Part shown: positions 20,253-31,763 of the stretch, piece by piece
How the letters are laid out: each line of letters opens with the position of its first letter
Position numbering within the stretch: the first letter of the stretch is position 1
Assembly: GCA_965261345.1 (NCBI GenBank)
Contig: OZ253449.1
Location: 96,001-160,000, forward strand
DNA length: 64,000 nucleotides
Direction of reading: 5' to 3'
From: Chloroflexota bacterium
GTDB lineage: Bacteria; Chloroflexota; UBA11872; VXNJ01
Position numbers and translations under genes: made by a program
The notes under the pieces: model-generated
The model's input: only the letters and a program-made list of their open reading frames with translations
Database searches by the model: none
What the model was told of the DNA's origin: nothing

Positions 20253-21618
20253 TGGCCGGCTCCCCCTCATTGGTACCAGAGGGAATGTGAATAATCTGGT
20301 TCCAACGAAAGGGGACTGCAATGGCGAAGCGCAAGTACTCGCCCGAACAGATCATCAACAAGCTCCGGGCCATAGAGCTAGGCATCGCCCAGGGCGACAC
20401 CGTCGAGCAGAGCTGCCGCCAGGCGGCGATCAACGTCCAGACCTATTACCGCTGGCGCTCCCGCTACGGGGGAATGACGCTCGCCGAGGCCAAGGAGAAC
20501 AAGCGCCTGCGCGAGGAGAACAAGCGCTTAAAACACGCGGTGGCCGATCTAACGCTCGACAACCAGATCCTTCAATGAGAGGCCTTAAGGAAACTTCTAA
20601 GCCCGGAGCGGCGGCGCAAGTGCGTCGACCACGTCCGGGCCAAGTTCCCGGTGTCTGAACGAAGAGCCTGCCGGGTGCTGGGCCAATCGCGCCGCACCCA
20701 GCGCTACATCCCAAAACCCGATCCGGAAGAGGACAACCTCACCGCCGAGATCAGGACGCTCTCCCTCAAGCACCCCCGCTATGGCTACAAGCGCATCACC
20801 GCCCTGCTTAAACGCTCGGGCTGGAAACTGAACCGCAAGCGGGTCCTGCGCATCTGGCGCGCGCAGGGCCTTAAGGTCCCGATCCGAAAGGTCAAGAAGT
20901 CGCGCCTCTGGCTTTAAGAACGGACGCTCTACGCGGCTTATGGCCGAGCGCCCGAATCACGTCTGGGCCTACGACTTTGCTTAACCAGCGCACCGAGGAC
21001 GGCAGACCGCTGCGGATCCTGACCGTGGTCGATGAGTTCACCCGCGTGGCCTTAGCGGCCCGGGCGGCCCGATCCTTCCCCGCCCGGGACGTGATCGAGA
21101 CAATCGCCGACCTCATGCTCATCCACGGGGTCCCCGAGCACATCCGCTCTGACAACGGCCCCGAATTTACTGCCAAAGCGATAAGGCAATGGCTATCGGC
21201 AAACCAGGTCAAGACCGTCTACATCAAGCCCGGAGCACCATGGGAGAACGCCTATGCCGAATCCTTCATCTCCAGGGTGAGGGACGAACTCCTGGAGCGC
21301 GAGATCTTCTACACCCTCGAAGAAGCCAGGGTGATGCTGGAGCGCTTCCGGATCGACTACAACAGCGTGCGTCCGCACTCGGCGCTCGGCTACCTATCGC
21401 CCCTGGAAGCGATCGCGGCGGCGGCGTGATGGAGTACCTGCAAGTTGCCATCCGGCTGCTGCCGGCCGGCCTCATCGACGGCCTGGCGTCCGTCTTCGTG
21501 GGTGCTACGGGCGGCCGCAATATCAGCTTCGCCGCCAGCTCTCCTGCAGGCGAGCTGGCGGCACTCTCCCACAAGACAATGTCTCAAACCACCTGGTACC
21601 AAAACCGGGGACCTGCCA
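20253..21618 (+). mobile_element. IS3-family element (orfA 20321..20578; orfB about 20575..21429, disrupted near 20915)
   Basis: TG..CA IRs; HPRYGYKRI, VWAYDF, VDEFTR, IRSDNGPEF, PWENAYAESF, YNSVRPHSALGY. Confidence 0.9.
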
Positions 21619-22151
21619 CCAGCAATCATCCTTCGACGTCAGCCGGGTCCGTTTACCCCATCGTGGAAATACAACCGATTGCGCACGGTGACTTCAGCCA
21701 AGTGCGGGCCACGATCAAGATAAGTACTTTGAAACTTGGCGAGACCATAACTGCTTTGCCAAGGTTGCTTCCGCAGCTTGGCGTGCCGACGGATGCTGTT
21801 GGCGTGGTAGTGCCCATAAGTTTTGCGCCCGAACCTCTGCCGGTAAGACTGATTGCCACGCCCCCACCTGCGTTCTTGTTCCCAAATCAATCGAGACAAT
21901 TGGATTCAGAAGTTCAACCGGTTTCGACTGCAGTACCGAATGGTGAGTCTGGTGAAATTACTATCACCAAAGTCGCGAATCAACCACGATCCGAATCGGA
22001 ATTGGTCGCAGATTCGTATGTGGAAACGCCCGAACCAGCAGTCGCCAGTGAATCGGACTGGGATTCAAATCGTGTTGCGGCGTTTTGGCTTTCAGCCTTC
22101 GCGTTGATTGCGATGGCATATTTTCTAAGAAAACGGCTGCGGAACTCATAA
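21619..22151 (+). pseudogene. 3' part of a membrane-anchored protein cut by IS3
   Basis: Open frame ending in a TM helix + basic tail (FWLSAFALIAMAYFLRKRLRNS); the N-terminus is IS3 sequence. Confidence 0.5.
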
Positions 22152-22524
22152 TCCCTGCTCTACTTTTTGGATACAGTGATCGCCGGGATGCTCCAGACTC
22201 ACTTTCGCTGAGTTGCGACAGATTGACTCCAACATTGAACCCGTTCCGCAAAAAGGCAACTGCCGAAGCCGCGCGGGAACTCGCCGGCGCGATCAGCACG
22301 TAAGAACCGCCGGAACCCTGTCGCCGACGCTATTGCTGGTCAGCGGGAGTGACATTGTCGCTGAGCGACGTCATTCATGGACGATAGATTGTGGACCTTC
22401 GCCAGAAACTCAACCCGGGAATGGCAAGCCGAGTCGGCTGCACGTTATACCTAACCCCTAAAATCCAACGCGTATCTCATTTGGGATAGATTTGGAAAAG
22501 GACAGGGCTGGACGGAATTGTTTC

Positions 22525-22782
22525 ATGGCTAAATCTGCGATGATCCGCGCCAGGGTTGAGCCAGGCTTGAAGAGTGAAGTAGAGGGAGTTTTTTCCGAAC
22601 TTGGATTGTCCGCTACCGAGGCGATCACGCTTTTTTACAAGCAAGTTGCGATTCACCATGGATTGCCATTCCCGGTTCGAATTCCAAATGCCGCAACTAT
22701 TGCGGCAATAAACGATGCTCGCGGCGGCGTGAACCTTATTGAATATTCGGGATTTGACGAATTAGTCGCGGACGTTGAGTGA
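22525..22782 (+). CDS. RelB/DinJ-family antitoxin
   Basis: MAKSAMIRARVEPGLK..LGLSATEAITLFYKQV...GLPFPVRIPN. Confidence 0.9.
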   Translation: MAKSAMIRARVEPGLKSEVEGVFSELGLSATEAITLFYKQVAIHHGLPFPVRIPNAATIAAINDARGGVNLIEYSGFDELVADVE

Positions 22783-23053
22783 AGCGAAACGGCTCCGCAC
22801 GACTCGGCAATTCCGAAAAGACTTACGGACAGTTAGCAGGCGAGGCAAGGATCTTGAACGATTGCGCACATTCGTAGAGTGCATCCAGCACGGACAATCA
22901 TTGCCGGCCGCAAGCCAACCCCACCGATTGATTGGAAATTTGTCAGGGTTTTGGGAGTGCCACCTCGAACCTGACTGGCTATTGATTAGGCAAGAAGACG
23001 ATACAACGGTGCATTTGGTCCGCACAGGCGCCCATTCAGACCTTTTCGAGTAG
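22775..23053 (+). CDS. yafQ: YafQ-family toxin
   Basis: FRKDL, HRLIGN, WECHLEPDWLLI, RTGAHSDLF. Confidence 0.9.
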   Translation: MSEAKRLRTTRQFRKDLRTVSRRGKDLERLRTFVECIQHGQSLPAASQPHRLIGNLSGFWECHLEPDWLLIRQEDDTTVHLVRTGAHSDLFE

Positions 23054-23213
23054 ACGGTCAAATTGAACGGCGATCGGGCCTGATTTCGAGCGCTCGTCGA
23101 CGAGCTGTGATCACCGGTTTGTTTTGACCCACCCAGATTGATTGTTCTGGAGCTTGGCTTTCCTCCGCACAACACTGCTTGGCCCAATCGACCGTATGCC
23201 CGTATAGTCACGC

Positions 23214-23570
23214 GTGAAGACTGCAATTTCACTTTTTGGTGGAATTTTGGGAAACGCCGCCCAAACGTCCGCCTGGCTCGGGACCGTACCCAGCGGCTTA
23301 ATGGCGCTCGTGCTTGCCGGATTCATCGCCAAGCACGACAGTGACGATGTCACGGCGCAACTCAATGCCGTTTACAGCGAAACTTCCGGCAGCCTTGATC
23401 CGGCAATCAGGGGTATTCAAGCGCTCTCAATGGATAACGATCGATGGTGATCGGGAGGAGAGAAACGTGGTGGGCGAACTTTCCCGAACCTCAAGGGATC
23501 CGATCCTGGATTCACACCCAGGTTGTTTCTCGATCAACTTCATTCAAATGACCGCTTGTCATGTCCACCG
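23214..23570 (+). pseudogene. Decayed ChpI/MazE-like antitoxin (23214..23450) plus MazF/PemK 5' remnant
   Basis: MKTAISL...VTAQLNAVY..SLDP..IQALS..W, followed by overlapping MVIGRRETWWANFPEPQG. Confidence 0.6.
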
Positions 23571-23739
23571 GGGCGACTTCCTTGGATTGGGTCGATGAAA
23601 TTGCCGGCACCTGTCCAATTGCGTCAGATGCAATCCGGCGATGCCATAGTGGAAATCGCCGCGTTGAAAAAACCGACGACGTAGGCCCTCTTCACCTGCA
23701 GTGCGCTTAGCATGACTGGCCGAATCAGTACATCAGGGG

Positions 23740-23767
23740 ATTTGAACTAATAGGGGTTATGTCGAAC
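23740..23767 (+). other. dif-like XerC/XerD site
   Basis: atttgaactaa-tagggg-ttatgtcgaac. Confidence 0.65.
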
Positions 23768-23884
23768 TCCGGCGCCCGCGTTTCCCCATCGCAGCTCGCA
23801 GCGGCGCTTCGGGATTGCGCCGATCCATCAACTACCCAGTTGCGTGAACTGACACCCGCCTAAACGCGAATCCTGAAAAACATT

Positions 23885-24178
23885 TCAATCGATTCGCGCA
23901 GTGGCAAACCGCCCGACTTCGATCTTCTTGGATCTTGCTTTCGCCAGATCGCAGGCGGCTTGTAGGCCAAGCCATGTTTCCGGGGTCGAACCAAAACCCT
24001 TTGCCAGGCGAATGGCCATTTCTACCGAAACCCCGGCCTTCTCATTAACCAGCTCCGAGAGCGTTTGACGGGATACGCCAAGTCCTTTGGCAGCCCTGGT
24101 TATTGATAGGCTCAACGGCGCAAGGCATTCGTGCCTGACGATTTCGCCAGGGTGCGGCGGGTTATTCATCGGCACCAT
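23885..24178 (-). CDS. higA: HigA antitoxin
   Basis: [44 protein letters not shown]. Confidence 0.9.
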   Translation of the reverse strand: MVPMNNPPHPGEIVRHECLAPLSLSITRAAKGLGVSRQTLSELVNEKAGVSVEMAIRLAKGFGSTPETWLGLQAACDLAKARSKKIEVGRFATARID

Positions 24179-24185
24179 TTCCCCC

Positions 24186-24290
24186 TTAGTGGTAGTCGAT
24201 GTAATCGACATCATGAGCGTTGCCGTCGATGAACCTGAAAGTTACTCGCCAATTCGCCGTTAAGGAAACGGTACTAACCCGTGCTGGTGC
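24186..24290 (-). pseudogene. higB: HigB toxin C-terminal remnant
   Basis: SLTANWRVTFRFIDGNAHDVDYIDYH*; no recognisable N-terminus. Confidence 0.75.
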
Positions 24291-24377
24291 GACAAACGTG
24301 CATGCAATGTATCGCGCAATGATACACTTTGCATAGAATGACCGCATTTGAGGCACCGCTTTGCTTGAGGACCGGCA

Positions 24378-24614
24378 ATGCCCACGGTGGCAATAGAGGG
24401 CCAGGTTCGCTTCATCGTTAATACCAGGGAACATAGTTTTGAACCCCCGCACGTGCACGTCTGGGTAGGCAATGAAGATGTTTGCCGCATTGAACTCAAT
24501 GGCGGTACCTTCATGGAAGCACCCCCGCCCGGAACACGCAGGGAGATAACGAGAGCCTATGCGAGATTTGCCGCGGAAATCAAAAAGACTTGGGACCAAA
24601 TCCATGGAGGGTAG
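24378..24614 (+). CDS. DUF4160-family putative toxin
   Basis: MPTV..RFIVNTREH..EPPHVHV..WDQIHG. Confidence 0.8.
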   Translation: MPTVAIEGQVRFIVNTREHSFEPPHVHVWVGNEDVCRIELNGGTFMEAPPPGTRREITRAYARFAAEIKKTWDQIHGG

Positions 24615-24617
24615 AAA

Positions 24618-25121
24618 ATGGCCGTCGTTCTAGTCAGAAATGCCAATCGAATGATGACGATTGCCAGCTTAACCGAGGAAGGCATCAAGCTGGGCTTTGC
24701 AGATGGGTCCAGGGGCGTCATTCCATACGGCGATGTCCCCGAAATCAGGGAGCGCGCAGCCATCTCCGGCATTGAGTTGCCGAATCCCTACGAAATGGTC
24801 ATAAAGACTGCCCGCGGCGAACAGGTTGAGATCCCCTGGGACTTTGCCCGACACTACTGTGACAAGTCATATCGACCAACGATCGAAGCAATTGCCATGC
24901 AGGGAAGGCAGGTCCTGGGCGAACGCATACGCCAATCCAGACAATCCAGCGGTTTAACGCAAGAGCGTCTCGCGCGCGCGGCAAATATCGGGCGCGTAAC
25001 CCTGGTGCGGTTGGAAAAGGGAGAGCAAACACCTAGGCTCAAGACCCTTGATGCGATTGCCAACGCCTTAGGGACTCGCGCAGCTGATCTACTTGTCGAT
25101 CCCGAGTGGCTTGACCGATAA
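24618..25121 (+). CDS. DUF2442-like domain fused to XRE HTH (putative antitoxin)
   Basis: IKLGFADG N-term; GERIRQSRQSSGLTQERLARAANIGRVTLVRLEKG. Confidence 0.7.
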   Translation: MAVVLVRNANRMMTIASLTEEGIKLGFADGSRGVIPYGDVPEIRERAAISGIELPNPYEMVIKTARGEQVEIPWDFARHYCDKSYRPTIEAIAMQGRQVLGERIRQSRQSSGLTQERLARAANIGRVTLVRLEKGEQTPRLKTLDAIANALGTRAADLLVDPEWLDR

Positions 25122-25316
25122 CTTTCGACAAGCCGTAGAAATTTGGGGCGGTCACCAGATCAAGCCAGCAACCGCTCATCAAGGGTCCCCACATCTTCGA
25201 TATAGCCGTCAGTACTTGCCCGGCACCCTTGTCAAATTTGGTCGCTTGAGTGGCAAGTTTCCAGATCACCCCGCCCAATTTCCGGTGATTTGCTCGAAGT
25301 ATTACGGGTGTTCGCG

Positions 25317-25344
25317 ATTTGTCATAGTGAGTATTATGACTACT
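25317..25344 (+). other. dif-like XerC/XerD site
   Basis: atttgtcatag-tgagta-ttatgactact. Confidence 0.55.
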
Positions 25345-25430
25345 AAAAAACCCCATCCGGCCATGCAGTTGGCCGCAATTCGCCAACGAAGTCAATTTCG
25401 TAGACAACCTCTAAGGAAGCGTCTGTGCCG

Positions 25431-25571
25431 ATGAAATGCCCTCCTCACCCAGGCGAAATCGTGAGGCGGGAACGCCTGGAGCCATTTGGCTTATCCGTTA
25501 CGAGGGCCGCCAAAGGATTGGGAGTTTCGCCGCGATTTTCCCGCCGATGGCTCGGAACCAAGCCAGCATGA
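25431..25571 (+). pseudogene. HigA 5' remnant
   Basis: [33 protein letters not shown], then decay. Confidence 0.7.
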
Positions 25572-26128
25572 GCTTATCTCTGAATCGTTTCTGCGGCCTC
25601 AAGAATTCCGCTCGCGTCGGCCGGAAGTCACCGTCCGCATGCCCGAGCATTCCCTAGGGGAGGCCGACCAGGCGGACTTTGACCGCCTGGGGCCGGTAAT
25701 TGACCGGAGCCGCAACCGCACTGATCGGGCGTCGCCCGGGACCTTGTTCAGTGTCAAGTCAGGACAATGAAGCTCATAGGGATTACGTCTAGTAGTGATC
25801 ATCGCTCGGCTTTAGCCACGGGTCAATCTGCTGGGTGCGAGCGTGCGGCACCTATGGATGGCATTGAGCCGCTGTCCGCCTGTCGGACGAGCGATTGTTT
25901 TTACTTGGTGAGATATTGTTTCCGCATCACCACACGACTTGCTCCCGACGGTGGGGCCACGATATTTGGTGTGCGCAATCCGGTCGGAAGTTTTTCGACA
26001 ACATCATATCGTGCATCAACGGATCTAAGCCTGCTTTGTTTGGATCGCAAATCTGATACCCTCGATAACCCGGCAATCAATGACGCACGGCGTGAGATTC
26101 ATATCCACCAATTAACTGAAGAATTCAA

Positions 26129-26374
26129 ATGTCGGAGGACAGCAACCGTCACGTGGTCACTAATCCTGAAGGTGGGTGGGATGTCGTCAAGCCGAACGCG
26201 GATCGGTCGTCAGCTTATCTGCAAACGCAAGCTGATGCGGTTGAGCTCACGCGCGAAATCGTAGAGAACTTTGGCGGGGGCGAAGTCGTGATTCACCGCC
26301 GCGATGGCCGGATCCGGGATTCCGATACAGTTCCGCCCGGGAACGACCCTAACCCGCCACGCGACTCTCGTTAA
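26129..26374 (+). CDS. DUF2188-family protein
   Basis: HVVTNPEGGWDV..TQADA..GGEVVIHRRDGRIRDSDT..NDPNPPRD. Confidence 0.85.
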   Translation: MSEDSNRHVVTNPEGGWDVVKPNADRSSAYLQTQADAVELTREIVENFGGGEVVIHRRDGRIRDSDTVPPGNDPNPPRDSR

Positions 26375-26635
26375 TCGGTCGCCAATTAGAAGTGCCGAGT
26401 GACTAACCTAGCGGCTGAGATTCGGTAGTGACATTGGTCTGCCGACTCTCGGCGAATCTGTCAGAGTGATGGGCCAGTTCGAACTGGAGCAATCCTATTG
26501 GCTGGTTTCCTTGCAGGCGGTGGCATTCGTGCGTGAACGGATCGTTTCTGCGCCGGCCCTTTCGCCGAATTGAATCAATTGTGGTTGAGGTGAACCGATT
26601 CAACGGCAAGTCGCGATTCGAGCCGAGAGATCCAC

Positions 26636-27553
26636 TTGGGACAACATAAAAACCCACAAGAGTATTGGCGGCATTTCGGGAGTCCACCCGGCAAACGCAT
26701 GATCTGGCAATTTGACACGAAAATTCTGAAATATTCCAATCGCCCAATTCCAATCAAGAATGTCGCGCAAGCACGCAATTACTATTCGCCAGTTGACGAA
26801 AAAATGCTGGCTGAATTGATTGAAGCTCCTGCCCACGGGCCACTAAACAAGCTCCGCAACCGAGAGGACCTTAACCCCGACGATCGCTCGAGCGTTGCGT
26901 GGTACATAAACGCGATGGTTCGGCGGGGGCCGCGCGCCCGAAATCATTTGCTGGAAGTATTACCAACCGAATTCAGCGCCTATCGTAAACGACTAATTGC
27001 AAATCTCGACCAGATGATTGAGCGGTACGGACATACCAGTGCCGAATGGATCAACGCACTTGATCAATTGAGTGAACGCATCCTTCGCGGCGACGTTTCT
27101 GACAAGGACGACTTAATCAGGTCGCAGTATTTGGTGGGAAAAGTCGCACTTGCCGTCTTTCATATGCAATGGGTGATAGTCCATTCGAATCGAACTGGTG
27201 AGTTCATAACCAATGACAACCCGGTGTTTTTTACTGAAGGGATCGGCTTGGGGCACCCACAAGCAGAATTGACTCTTCCGCTGTCGCCGCGCACGGCGTT
27301 GCATGCGTCGTGGCGAGGACGGGAATTCGGGCTCGAACATGCATCAGCGACTCAAAATCAACTGGTGAAAGAGATTAATCGACGGACGGTATATGTTGCG
27401 GATCGCATGTTGTACTCACGCGGTAAGCACGATTGGTTAGCGGCAATCGCCGCAAAAAAGCCAAATGTCTTGCTGAAGCCCCTGTACTTTGGACATCCTG
27501 GATTCCAACCAGTTGAAATCCCGGACGAGGACCAATATGCTAGCGTGATTTGA
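26636..27553 (+). CDS. DUF4238-family protein
   Basis: QHxxPQxY N-term, FITNDNPV, LPLSP, EINRRT. Confidence 0.75.
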   Translation: MGQHKNPQEYWRHFGSPPGKRMIWQFDTKILKYSNRPIPIKNVAQARNYYSPVDEKMLAELIEAPAHGPLNKLRNREDLNPDDRSSVAWYINAMVRRGPRARNHLLEVLPTEFSAYRKRLIANLDQMIERYGHTSAEWINALDQLSERILRGDVSDKDDLIRSQYLVGKVALAVFHMQWVIVHSNRTGEFITNDNPVFFTEGIGLGHPQAELTLPLSPRTALHASWRGREFGLEHASATQNQLVKEINRRTVYVADRMLYSRGKHDWLAAIAAKKPNVLLKPLYFGHPGFQPVEIPDEDQYASVI

Positions 27554-27672
27554 GCTCAAATCCGAACGGCGCAGCCTAGTGCAACGAAGTGAAATGCCGC
27601 AACGAACCGCGTCATCTGAACTTTCGATTGGTCCTCAGCAGACAGCGTCCGTTTTTCATAATCGCAATTATG

Positions 27673-29596
27673 GAACAGCCAGGCTAACTGGCATGGGACA
27701 GGGGTGCAAGTCCCCCGTGCTGTAAAGAAGGGAGCCATTCTGCAGCACTCTGCGAGTCATGCGCTGATCGCCGCGAGGCGGTTGGTGAAGCGTTGACAGC
27801 AGCGCGTGTGGGCGGGGCGATCGAGCGCCGCAACCTTTACATTCCGGAGCGCCGAGGCTTTCATATTGGTCGAAGGCAACACCTGCTGCGACGACAAATG
27901 GCCAGTCGCAGTTTGGGCTCCGCGGCGTCAAAGAACCCAGGCACGCACGTACGTCTCCTGCCGGGACCTGGGAGATCTGCCAGGTGCCCCGCCATCTCGC
28001 ACGACGGGGCCGCATCGGGGAGGGAGGCAACCGTAGCTGATGATGCACGCCGGGCAGAAGTCTGACGCGGCCGTAGTAGCTGTGAAGTCGGCGAACAAGG
28101 GAGAGCGATCTCCGGCGGAGTCGATAGAGCCAAGGGCCGCGACCAAGAGAAATCCGCAACGCCCGGCACGGGCCGAACCCAGAGTCGGGTAACCGTGTCA
28201 CTCGGAGCCGAGCGGATACGGCAATACGTTAAGGCAAATCCCGGAGGAAAACTCACCGCGCTCCTGCACCACTTAACCCCCGAAACGCTCTTTGCGGCCT
28301 ACTTTGCGCTCAAGCCGAACGCGGCCCCCGGCGCCGACGGGATAACGTGGCAGATGTACGGGGAAGGACTGACAGATAACCTGTCCGGCCTTCACCAACG
28401 CTTGCACAAAGGAGCGTACCGGGCGGCCCCCGTCCTAAGGGTGGAAATACCCAAACCGGACGGCGGAGTGCGAAAGCTCGGAATCGCATCCCTGGAAGAC
28501 AAAATCCTCCAGCGGGCGGTGACAGACAACCTCCTGAACCCGATCTACGAATCGGAGTTCGCGGGATTTAGCTACGGGTTCAGGCCCAATCGCTCAGCCC
28601 ACGATGCGCTGGACGCGCTCGCCTACGTAATAGGGCAACGCCGGGTCAACTGGGTAGCTGAGGTGGACATCAAGGGGTTCTTCGACAATATCGATCGGGA
28701 ACAGCTAATGGCGTTCCTGCAAGATCGCATCGCAGACCGCAGAGTCCTGCGCCTCATCCGAAAGTGGCTCGCCGCCGGTGTCCTTGACAACGGACTAAAG
28801 GTCGACCCCGCACGGGGCACACCGCAGGGAGCGCCGATATCGCCGCTGCTTGCCAACGTGTACCTGCTTGGGTGGGCTCGACCAATGGTTCGCGCGACAG
28901 TGGCGGCCGCAGAAAGCCATCGGCCAGGCCTACATGGTCAGATACGCCGATGACTTCGTACTGGGATTTGAGCACCGCCAAGATGCGGAGAGGTTCCTTA
29001 GGGACCTAGAGGAGCGGTTCACGAAATACGGACTGGAGTTGCACCCCGAGAAGACGCGCCTGATCGAGTTCGGCAAAAACGCGGCGCGTAACCACCGCCG
29101 GAGAGGCGAGCGACGACCGGAGACCTTTGACTTCCTCGGTCTGACGCACTACTGCCGAACGACTCGAACCGGACGCTTCGGACTGGGACGCAAGCCATCG
29201 TCCAAACGCGTTCGCCGCACCCTGAATGCGTTAAAGAACGCGCTGCGCTGGCGCATGCACGACGATCCGGTGGAAACCGGTCAATGGCTCGGAAGAGTAC
29301 TTCGTGGCTGGCTCGGCTACTACGCCGTCCCCACAAGCTACAAATCCCTGGACCAGTTCAAGCGCGCCCTGCAGTGGCTTTGGCTCCGCACTCTGCGCCG
29401 CCAGTCGCAAACCGCAAACTTTGCGTGGGAGCGGCTAGAAGCGATGTGTGAACAGCTTTGGCCCCGCATCCGCATCATCCACCCATGGCCCGCCACACGC
29501 TTTGCCGTCACCCACTCAAGGTAAGAGCCGGATGCGCTAACGCGCACGTCCGGATCCGTGCGGGGGGAGATCGGTAACGATCTTCCCTACCGCGAA
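27673..29596 (+). mobile_element. Group II intron copy 3 (divergent), inserted in a dif-like site
   Basis: GAACAGCCAG start, D5 gagccggatgcgctaacgcgcacgtccggatc, end cctaccgcgaa. Confidence 0.9.
28195..29524 (+). pseudogene. ltrA: Intron RT/maturase, frameshifted near 28870
   Basis: GTPQG..LANVYL in one frame, LDQWF..YADD in another. Confidence 0.85.
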
Positions 29597-29687
29597 TCTT
29601 GCTCCATTAATCGCGTAGCGCAGATTTGGCCAGCTTGCGTCCCGGGTTCGAGAGCAATCGCTCCGGTGAATCAATTCGCGATCGGAA

Positions 29688-30026
29688 TCAAACCTTTTCG
29701 ACAATCGCAACCGACCTAACTTCAAGTTGCACGCCCTCGTGTTCTTGGATTTGGTTAATCACTTCGAACAGGTTTTTGGCATGCGGGTTGCCATTCGATC
29801 CGAACATGCGCATTAGGCTCTTGGGCGATTTATGCGTGCGAGCGCCCAGTTCCTCAAACCCTATAGTGGCGTTTATGTAATCGCGCAGTAGGACTTTCCC
29901 TGCGTCGATTTCTCCGCCCAGCAAACATTGGACGCCCTCGTTCAATAACCCTTCCCGAAACAAGGGATCGACTATTGCCCGGGCTTGCACCGTTTCCTTG
30001 AATTCACGCGTAAGAGCCACTCTCAT
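29688..30026 (-). CDS. Addiction-module antidote / HTH protein
   Basis: ALTREFKETVQARA..LRDYINATIGFEEL..KSLMRMFG..GNP. Confidence 0.85.
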   Translation of the reverse strand: MRVALTREFKETVQARAIVDPLFREGLLNEGVQCLLGGEIDAGKVLLRDYINATIGFEELGARTHKSPKSLMRMFGSNGNPHAKNLFEVINQIQEHEGVQLEVRSVAIVEKV

Positions 30027-30349
30027 TCCCTCCGATTTCGATTCCTGAAATCCTGCCAATTCGCTTTGGCCGTCGCAATGTCTGATTGCTGGCGCGCCTT
30101 AGTGCCTCCGCCGAGCAAAATGACCACCGTTTTCCCTTCACGACCGAAATAAATCCTGTAGCCAGGACCAGTATGGATGCGGAATTCCGTTACTCCGCCG
30201 CCAACTCCCTTCGTATTTGAGAGGTTGCCAGTGGCCATTCTGGTTAATCCGGTTGTGATCTTTATTGCTGCCTGGGAATCCAGCCCTGCGAACCATCGGC
30301 CGAATGGACTCCGACCCGTATCGTCCAAGTATTCGCGAAGCTCAGACAT
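30023..30349 (-). CDS. RelE/ParE-family (HigB-like) toxin
   Basis: GRSPFGRWF..GNLS..VGGGV.EFRI..GPGYRIYF..LLGGGTK..QQSDI. Confidence 0.9.
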   Translation of the reverse strand: MSELREYLDDTGRSPFGRWFAGLDSQAAIKITTGLTRMATGNLSNTKGVGGGVTEFRIHTGPGYRIYFGREGKTVVILLGGGTKARQQSDIATAKANWQDFRNRNRRE

Positions 30350-30355
30350 CGATAG

Positions 30356-30377
30356 ATGGTAACATATCCGTTACCAT
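30356..30377. promoter_or_regulatory. Palindromic TA operator
   Basis: atggtaac-atatcc-gttaccat immediately upstream of the toxin start. Confidence 0.6.
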
Positions 30378-30447
30378 GCTGAGTGAAATAGATCAGCGCA
30401 CCTTGAACTGCGAAGGAAGTTGGCTACAAGCCATTTGAGCGCCGCTG

Positions 30448-30475
30448 GTTCGACCTAATCGCCATTATGTCTTGT
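30448..30475 (+). other. dif-like XerC/XerD site
   Basis: gttcgacctaa-tcgcca-ttatgtcttgt. Confidence 0.65.
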
Positions 30476-30585
30476 AACTTAACGCCGTCATCTCCGCTTG
30501 TTGATTGATGAATGATTCCATTTGCTCTCGAGCATGGGACGGTGACTGCGAATAAACTGCGGACTTGTGATCAGACGAGCTTTCG

Positions 30586-31443
30586 TCAACTCTCGTCGTT
30601 GAACCGTTCGTCTTCGTCTTCGCTGTCGGACGAAGAGTTCGCCAATCGCGCAAACAACGACGAGAGGTATTCAAAAGTGCCCGATACAGAGCTATTTGAC
30701 GGCAATCCAGTTAGCGCTTGGCCCAGTTCGTTTAGAGCTACAAAGAGAGTGAAATCTGCCGCGACCAGCGGATGTTCATCTATTCCATCCCTGGACGCAT
30801 CTCCTAGCCCCATTTGCTCGCGAACCTCTGCCAATTCCGCCTTGGCCACTAGGATCAATAGCGCTGCATTGGCGGTCTTGCCCATAAGATGGTCCGGCAC
30901 TAATGGTCCCGGCTCTGTCCCCGGGTATCCGCCGTTGCGCTCAAGAATTGACCGAACTCGGTGATGAACTTCATCGAATGACGTGAAAGACCCACCGTAA
31001 TCGACTATCAAATGTTCGTCGCGACCGTTGATGACGTGAATCCGACCGTGAATCATAATTTCGACATCGGATCTGTCGGAATCGCGCGCCAAATTGCGAA
31101 CAAATCTCGCAAGAACCGCAAAAAGCTCGCCCAATATGCCATGGTCAACAACCAGCAGCGCAGGTAATTGCAATTCATCCGACTTGAGAACGGCCTCAGC
31201 ATACTTGTCGTCGGGAATCAAAGCAGCTACAACCGAGCCACGCGGAAGACTGTCTTTAATACTTCGCAACAATTCACTTGTGTATTGCGGGAAGAGTTCC
31301 AATAGTTCATCGCCGAGTTCAGCGCGGCTTGGGATGGCGATCACTTTTGCGACCTTGGCGTCCCGGGCATTGGCATGGTCAACAGGTAGAGTGGCGATCA
31401 ATTCCTCTAATGACATTCGTGCTTTCCCGACCGAAATATTCAT
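30586..31443 (-). CDS. Hypothetical protein
   Basis: 285-aa ORF with protein-like composition; no motif recognised. Confidence 0.6.
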   Translation of the reverse strand: MNISVGKARMSLEELIATLPVDHANARDAKVAKVIAIPSRAELGDELLELFPQYTSELLRSIKDSLPRGSVVAALIPDDKYAEAVLKSDELQLPALLVVDHGILGELFAVLARFVRNLARDSDRSDVEIMIHGRIHVINGRDEHLIVDYGGSFTSFDEVHHRVRSILERNGGYPGTEPGPLVPDHLMGKTANAALLILVAKAELAEVREQMGLGDASRDGIDEHPLVAADFTLFVALNELGQALTGLPSNSSVSGTFEYLSSLFARLANSSSDSEDEDERFNDES

Positions 31444-31763
31444 CTTTCAGGCTGCTTTGTGAGACGGGTGAGCCGCTGATTGTTCATGGCCATAAGGCGT
31501 CGTTCGACCCATCGCTCTCCTGACCGCAACCCAACTGAACCCATAATTGCATTGGGAATACAGTCGTGGTCTTAGCAGTGGTTTTGATTGAACTCTCGGA
31601 TCGGGGCGAAAAGTGGCGGGGAATATTGGAATTTTGGCCTGAATGATGGACGATTCAACCGCACAATATATTGGAACTGGGTCAACCGACGAACAGCCAA
31701 ATCGATCTGTGCTTAGCTCTGCACCGGGAACACTTAGCGATTGGACCTTTCCACACGGGAAAA

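Noticed and set aside
22400-31600. Classical integron attC array
   Set aside because: No intI and no convincing RYYYAAC...GTTRRRY hairpins; the boundaries look 11-6-11 dif-like instead
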